Shown here: in pieces, positions 57,301 to 64,000 of the stretch
Numbering within the stretch: position 1 is the stretch's first letter
Layout of the letters: each line of letters begins with the position of its first letter
Assembly: GCA_025558095.1 (NCBI GenBank)
Contig: JAIVFI010000039.1
Coordinates: 310,001 to 374,000 of the forward strand
Reading direction: 5' to 3'
From: Hyaloraphidium curvatum SAG 235-1
Lineage: Eukaryota > Fungi > Monoblepharomycota
DNA: 64,000 bases
Notes under the pieces: model-generated
Told to the model about the DNA's origin: nothing
The model's database searches: none
Seen by the model: the letters and a program-made list of their open reading frames with translations, nothing else
Program-made: the position numbers and the translations under genes

Positions 57301-59742
57301 TGCTGGTGGCAAGGGGCGAAAGAGGGGCCTTTCGCACTCGCGGCGCGTCAGCGAGGCTCGGCTTGGGATCGGGGAGCGGCGCAAGTCCAGCTCCCTGGCC
57401 ATCATGGTCAACGGTAAGGAGAGCTTGGAAGGCGCCGGAATTCCCGCCGAGGAGGAAGGACTGGGGCTGGATGAAGACTACGACACGGACGCCGAATCCG
57501 AGGGGGATGAGGATGATGATTCGGAGACCGAGGAGGACGAGGCGACGCCGCCGCCCAAGAAGCCTGCAGGGGAGCTCATCGTGGCCGAGGAGCGCGAGGT
57601 CGGCTCCGTTCCGTGGGCCGTCTACAAGAACTACATCCAGGCTTCCGGTGGTTGGGCCGTCTGGCTCACGCTGGCCGTCATGCTCGCCGGAATTCAGTGC
57701 AGTCGGATCGGAGCGGACGTTTGGCTATCTTTCTGGTCGACGAACCGGTTTCCGATATCGAACACGGCGTACACGCTCATCTACTTTGCTATTGGATTCT
57801 GCCAGGTGGGTTGGACCCGTCTGTCAGTGGCATGGGCCGCTTCCATTCTGACACGCTTTGTCTTCAGGCGGTCTTCATTTTCGGCGCCTTCTTCTTCTGC
57901 GCCTTTGTCGGCTACTTTGCTTCGCTCGCGATCCACGAGCAGGCGATGCGGAGCGTTGCGCGCGCGCCAGTGGCCTTCTTCGACACCACGCCCGCGGGGC
58001 GGATCGTCAACAGGTTCAGTCGCGACGTGGACGTCATGGACAACCTGATCCCGGAAATGAGCCGCGTCTTCTTCGCCTTTGCCGCCATGTCGGCCGGCAC
58101 CCTCCTCTACATCTCCGTCGCCGCGCCCTGGTTCCTTATTCCTGCGGTGCCGCTCGTCGCCCTGTACATCTTCATGACGCGGTTCTACCGGTACACGGCC
58201 CGCGAGATTCGTCGCCTCGAGGCAATCAGCAGGAGCCCGCTCTACAACCACCTGGGGGAAACCCTCAACGGCCTCTCCACGATCCGGGCGTTTGGTGCGC
58301 AGGACCGCTTCTTGGCAGAGAACCGCCGGAGGGTCAATAACAATGGGGCCTGCTACTACCACATGATCGCCGTTTCCCGCTGGCTGTCTTTCCGGCTCGA
58401 GGCGATCTCGGCGATGCTCATCCTGGCCACCATGCTCTTTGCCGTACTTGGGACCGGAACGGGTCTTTCGTCCACTCTGCTCTCGCTGGCCGTGACGTAC
58501 AGTCTGCAGGTGACATCGAGCATGCAGTGGACGGCCGAGAACGGTGAGTCTGGTACTCGACTGTCGCTAGCAGGTGTTTGACGGGGGAAACCGCAGGCTC
58601 AATGGTCGAGCGAGAGTTCAACTCCATCGAGCGTCTCACCTACTACGGCAAGGAGCTCCCGCAGGAGGCGCCTGCGATCATCGAAGGTCACCGTCCGCCA
58701 AAGGGATGGCCCAACCGGGGCTCCATCGAGTTCAAGCACGTGGCGCTGCGGTATCGGCCGGACTTGCCGCCAGTTCTGCGAGACGTGTCTCTCGACATCC
58801 ATCCTGGGGAGCGAATCGGCATCGTGGGCAGGTCGGTGTCTTCCGTGTCTGCAGCCCCGTCGTGTCAAGCTGACTAGCCTTCTAGGACTGGGGCCGGAAA
58901 GAGTTCCATAATCCAGTCGCTGTTCCGCATGACGGAGCTGTCTGAGGGGCAGATCATTATCGATGGAGTGGACATCTCGACGGTGAGCCGTTTGGGCCTG
59001 ACGCCGCTGAAAAAGCTAACGGTCGGTCCCCCCGTCCCTCGCAGATTGGACTGCATGACTTGCGGAGCAACCTCGCGATCATTCCCCAAGATTCCGTGCT
59101 CTTTACGGGAACATTGCGTTACAACTTGGACCCTTTCAACGAGTTTTCGGACGAACAGCTATGGGACGTGCTCTCGCGAGCCGGGGACCTCAAGGCCGTG
59201 ATCTCCGCTGCGCCGCTCAAGCTCGACATGGTGGTGGCGGACCAAGGCGAGAACTTCAGCCAGGGTCAGCGCCAACTGCTCTGCATGGCGCGCGCAATGC
59301 TTCGCGACGCCCAGATCATCGTGCTGGACGAGGCCACGGCCAGCGTCGACGTTGCGACGGACGCGATGATCCAGCGCACAATCCGCGAGGACGAGCGGTT
59401 CCGCGGCAAAACCATCATCACCAGTGGGTCTGTGCCGATCTCCGCGCCGATCCGGAACTGATTTTGCGATCTGCAGTCGCCCACCGCCTGGCCACGATCG
59501 CCGACTACTCGAGGGTCGTCGGAATGAAGGACGGGCAGGTCATGGAGGTCGGCACGCCGGCAGAGCTCCTTGCCAAGCCGGACGGGCTCTTCCGATCCCT
59601 CGTGGACGAGACGGGAGAGTCGAACGCGGAAGCGATCAGGTCTATTGCTCTCCGCAAGGACAACTCGAGCTCGTCGCTTCCCCCAATCACGCCGGTTTCC
59701 ATTCTCTCGAACAAGACGAGCGCGGCAAAGATCGATTCATGA
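54358..59742 (+). CDS. ABCC/MRP (Yor1-like) ABC transporter, multi-intron
   Basis: [12 protein letters not shown], Walker [64 protein letters not shown] and AHRL. Confidence 0.96.
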
Positions 59743-59970
59743 TATCATTGATTCCAAGTAATAGAGCGGCGGCAATTTCGCCATCTCGGACTCGGGAAGC
59801 TCGAGGCGGAGGGTCCGATCGGCAAAAGTCGATCCGAGGTGGCTGGGCCCGCGACAAAACACGTCCCGCCGCACCAACAGATCTTGCGACGAACCCAGGG
59901 TCTAAAGGTTCCGCCGTGCCGTCTCCAGCTACCTGCCCGCTCTGCTCGACCCGCGTTGAGCGTCGCAACA

Positions 59971-62288
59971 ATGTCTGAAGCCCCGGCCTCGACTCTCGTC
60001 GAGATTCCTCTCGCCACGGCTGCCCCGCATGCCCGCGCGACCTCTGCCGACTCCAAGACCGAGGTCGACTCCAAGGCCTCCAGCGCGGCCTGCGAGGTGC
60101 CGACGGAGCTCGTCTGGGAGAACGTCGAGTACAAGGTTTCGCTGGGCGAGAAGAAGGGCGAGAAGCAGATTTTGAAGGGGGTCAGCGGCCGCGCCAAGGG
60201 CGGAGAGGTCCTCGCCATCCTGGGAGGCTCCGGCGCCGGCAAGACCACCTTGCTCAACACTCTCGCCGGCCGGATACCTTCCGGCACGCAGACGGGGCGG
60301 GTGCTGCTGAACGGTCGGAAGCGGGAGCGCGCTTCCTGGAAGAAGACAGCAGGTCTGTCACGAGCTGCAGCAGTCGCATGTTCCAGGATCTGACCGGAAC
60401 ACTACGTGACGTGCAGGCTACGTCGAGCAGGTAGGGAGTCGTAGTGTTCTTCTCTCCAGTTCCGGTTTCCTCACAAGGCTTTCCTTAACTACAGGAGGAC
60501 ATCGGTTTCGCGGAGCTCACTGTCAAAGAAACCCTCACCTACGCGGCCAGGCTCCGGATGCCCAGCTCCCAGTTCACCAAAGAGCAGAAGCTGGCCCGCG
60601 TGGACGAGATCATTCGGGAACTCGGCCTTACGGACTGCCAGAACACCAAGGTCGGCGACCCGCAAACCGGTGGTATCTCTGGCGGCCAGCGCAAACGGGT
60701 CAGCATCGCGATCGAGCTTATCGCCAACCCCGCCATCCTCTTCCTTGATGAGGTGAGAAGGTATTCGCCCTGTTGGCCAACGTTTCCAACTTTGGTCCCC
60801 AGCCGACGAGTGGACTCGACTCCTTCACCGCCTTCAACATCTGCGAGTCCCTCCAGAATCTCGCCAAGAAGGAGGGCAAGCTCATCATCTGCTCCATCCA
60901 CATGCCCCGCGAAACGATCCTGGACCTGTTCGACAACATCATCTTGATGAGCCAGGGCTCGATCGTGTGGCACGGACCCCCTTCGGACGCGCTGGATCAC
61001 TTCTCCAAGCTCGGTTTCAGCTGCCCCAAGAATACGAACCCCGCGGACTACTTCTTGGACCTGATCTCCGTGGACAAGCGGACACCGGAGGCCCTGGCCG
61101 AGTCGACAGCACGCTACGAGGTCCTCAGCAAGGCCTGGAACGACGTCAGCGCCGGAATCTCGTACGAGCCTTCGGACGAGGTGCCGTGCGAGGAGGTGTC
61201 GGAGGGGCGGAACAACAACTACTTTACGGAAGTCGCCGTTCTCACGGATCGTGCGTTCAAGAACACTTACCGGAACCCGGCCGTGGCGTATGCGGTGAGT
61301 GTAACGAGGCGGCTAAAGGCCATTTCATCTGATCGCAAGCGCCTCCAGACGATCGGCCAGACTGTCGTGCTCGTGCTCCTCGTCGGACTGGTCTTTTTCC
61401 GCCTCGGCTACAGCGTGCAGGACGTGCAAAGCAGGGCGGGAGTCTTGTTCTTTACTCTTATCAACGGAACCTTCCTCAGCATGATGGTACGTGGCTGTTC
61501 AGCCACAGATCTAACAGTGGCTCACTCTTGCCATGCAGCCCGTTCTCCAGGTCTTTGTCTTCCAGCGCAAGATCCTGCGGAGGGAGCGCGCGGCCGGCAC
61601 TTACCGCGTCTCGGCGGCGTTCTTCGCCAACTTGACTGCTCAGCTCCCGCTGACGCTCGGGGCCATGTTCGCCTTCTCCGCACTGGTCTACTACATGGTC
61701 AACCTCAACAACGGGGCGACTCAATACTTCCGATTTATCCTGGGACAGTGCCTGGTCGCCCTGGTCGCGATGAGCCTTGGATTCCTGGTCGCCGCTGGCG
61801 CTCCCTCGCTAGAAGTCGCTCAGGTAAGCCATCGCGGGTGGATTCATCTCGCTTTCGCTAACGTTTGCTTCTCTGTACACCCTCTAGATCATCGCACCGA
61901 TGCTCGCGGTCGTCTTCAGTGGGTTGCCTTCGTGGCTTCGGTTTCGAACAACCACTCACGCTTCGTCGTCGCACTAGTAATCTTCGGCGGATCGTTTGTC
62001 AACGCCGACACAATTCCAGCTTGGATTGGATGGCTCCAGTGGATCAGCATTCTCCGCTACGGCTACACGGCTCTGATGCAGAACGAGTTCTACGGTGCCG
62101 TCTTTGAGTGCCCTCCCGCTGGCCCGTGCGCTTTCCCGACCGGGGAGGACGTGATCAACTTCTATGGGCTCTCAAGCCCGAGCATTTGGGCATGCTTCGC
62201 CATCCTCTTTGCCATGGCCGTGTTCTTCCTCGGCACCGCTGCTGTCGTGCTCCGAATTACGACCAAGCCGAACTTCAAGCTGCTCTGA
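59971..62288 (+). CDS. ABCG (White-type) half transporter, multi-intron
   Basis: [48 protein letters not shown] and a C-terminal TM domain. Confidence 0.96.
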
Positions 62289-62591
62289 TAGATCGATTCT
62301 GATTTGTGATTTCATCATCGTTCAAAAGACTATCCACTTTGCATTCCGCCCATCGCACTTCAAAGCACAACATTCCATCACCTCGAGTAAGCCTGTCGTG
62401 AGCGCTCAGCACGGTGCCAGTCGGGAGGTGACGATAATAATCGGCGGGGTCGGAGTGGTCTCTCGATCCCTTCACCTCATCGCATTGCGTGCTCACCAAC
62501 GCAACACGCTTTGCGCGCTTGAAGCTCACTGTTGTCCTCTGGAAGCTCACGGCTGTGCTTTCGGAAGCGCACGGCCGTGCCTCGGAACGCG

Positions 62592-63984
62592 ATGGCCCGG
62601 CCGTACGACGTCGTCGTCCTCGGGGCAACCGGCTTTACCGGCTGCTACGTTGCCGAGTACCTCGCCGAACGTTACGCGCCCGAGATTGCTTCCGGGACTC
62701 TGAAGGTCGGGCTTGCCGGCCGTTCCGAGGAGAAGCTGCGCGCCGTGGTCAAGGACTGCCTCGCCGTGGCCAACGGGAAGCTCAACGAGTCCCATTTCGG
62801 GATCATCAAGTACGACGCCGGGGATCAGACGTCCGTCGACGGCGTCGTAGGCAGCACGAGGGTCGCCATCGCTTGCGCCGGCCCGTATGCTCGGGTAGGA
62901 GGAGTGGCAGCCGCTTTTCGAGCCGAGCTCATGGCCCGCTAGCTGGGCACCGCGGTCGTCAAAGCTTGCGTCGAAAAAAGAACCCACTACTGCGATATAA
63001 CGGGAGAAGCGCACTGGGTCAAGTCCATGATGGACCAGTTCGGCGAAAAGGCGGCCGCGGACGGCACCTTCATCATCTCGTTCTGCGGATTCGACTCCAT
63101 TCCCTCCGACACGATGGCCTTTGTGCTCGCCGACTTTGTCAAGAAGCAGTATGGGGAAGAGACCAAGTCCATCAAGGTGACCATCTCAAAGAGTGAGTCG
63201 CCGGCAAGGTCGATCTTGTGGAACGAGATTGAAATTATCCGCAGACAAGGGCGGCGTGAGCGGCGGAACCCTGGCCTCCGTGCGCGAGATGCTGGACGGT
63301 GGATCCGGGAAAGCTCTCGATTCGAGGAACCTTTACGCCCTGAACCCGCCCAACCTCCAATCCGGACCGGATAAGCCGCGCTTTCCGTTCTACTACGACA
63401 AGGACTTCCGATCGTTCCAGGGCTTCTGGATCATGGAGGGCGTCAACGGTCTCGTTGTCCGGCGGACGCAAGCCCTCCTTCGCTATCCGTTTGGGAACTT
63501 CTCGTACTCGGAGACCCTCTCCTACAAGTCTCGGTTGTCCCTCATCGCCAGCACGGCGGCACTTGTGACCTTCGGCATCTTCCTCTTCCTTCGGCCCACT
63601 CGCTGGTTTCTTTATCGGTTCATCCTGCCGGCGCCCGGGCAGGGAACGGTCAGCAAGGAAGAGCGGCGAACGAACTTCATCGAGCTCAAGGGGATCGCCG
63701 AATCCGTGTCGGGGAAGCACGCGTTCGCCCGATTCTATGGGCCTGGGGACCCTGGCTATGCAGAGACTGCGAAGTGGGTGCTTTCGATCTAATGCTCGCG
63801 AGTCAACCAACCGGATTGGCATTGCAGGTACGTCGCCGAAGCTGGACTTTGCCTCGCTTTGCAAAAGGACCAACTGCCGGGCAAGGGCGGTGTCATCACG
63901 CCCATCGCCGCGTTCGGACAGGTCCTTGTCGATCGGCTGCGTAAGGCGGGGACCATCATCGAGGTCGGCGACAAGGAGATCTAG
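62592..63984 (+). CDS. Saccharopine dehydrogenase-like oxidoreductase (SCCPDH / trans-enoyl reductase type)
   Basis: YDVVVLGATGFTG, AGRS, CAGPY, HYCDITGE, CGFDSIPSD, SGGT, DPGYAETAK and GGVITP. Three introns. Confidence 0.92.
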
Positions 63985-64000
63985 AATGTGTTCGGAGGCG

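Noticed and set aside
50042-63984. Secondary-metabolite cluster (DJ-1, P450, ABCC, ABCG, reductase on one strand)
   Set aside because: No PKS, NRPS, terpene or isocyanide synthase backbone is present in the window; co-orientation alone is insufficient.
1-64000. Prokaryotic origin of the contig
   Set aside because: Spliceosomal introns in most genes and eukaryote-specific genes (TBCE, MYND, F-box-like, GT34, GPI-type protein) show it is eukaryotic.

Overview
GC-rich, gene-dense eukaryotic genomic DNA with many short (about 50-70 nt) GT-AG introns. The gene set and style suggest an early-diverging, chytrid-like fungus such as the monoblepharid Hyaloraphidium; this is inference, not verified. 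About 30 protein-coding genes are supported, and I found no rRNA, tRNA or CRISPR array. Main points: (1) two paralogous 7-TM proteins whose topology and TM7 signature resemble the insect odorant/gustatory-receptor ion-channel (7TMIC/GRL/DUF3537) fold; (2) a duplicated unit of a secreted G8/TMEM2-CEMIP-like gene plus a bacterial-type SDR gene, with a decayed third SDR fragment, a precise intron difference, and a P450 present in one copy only; (3) that P450 is a self-sufficient CYP102/CYP505-type fusion with a mitochondrial-presequence-like N-terminus and Asn in place of the catalytic I-helix Thr; (4) a secreted PQQ/sorbosone-type dehydrogenase fused to two Met/His DOMON domains; (5) an intact solo Ty1/copia gag-like gene; (6) a catalytically dead trypsin fused to a proprotein-convertase P-domain; (7) two genes whose start codons overlap in one CATG; (8) strong block-wise C-rich/G-rich synonymous codon switching inside genes. 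Exon boundaries were read by eye and family calls rest on motif recognition, not database searches.
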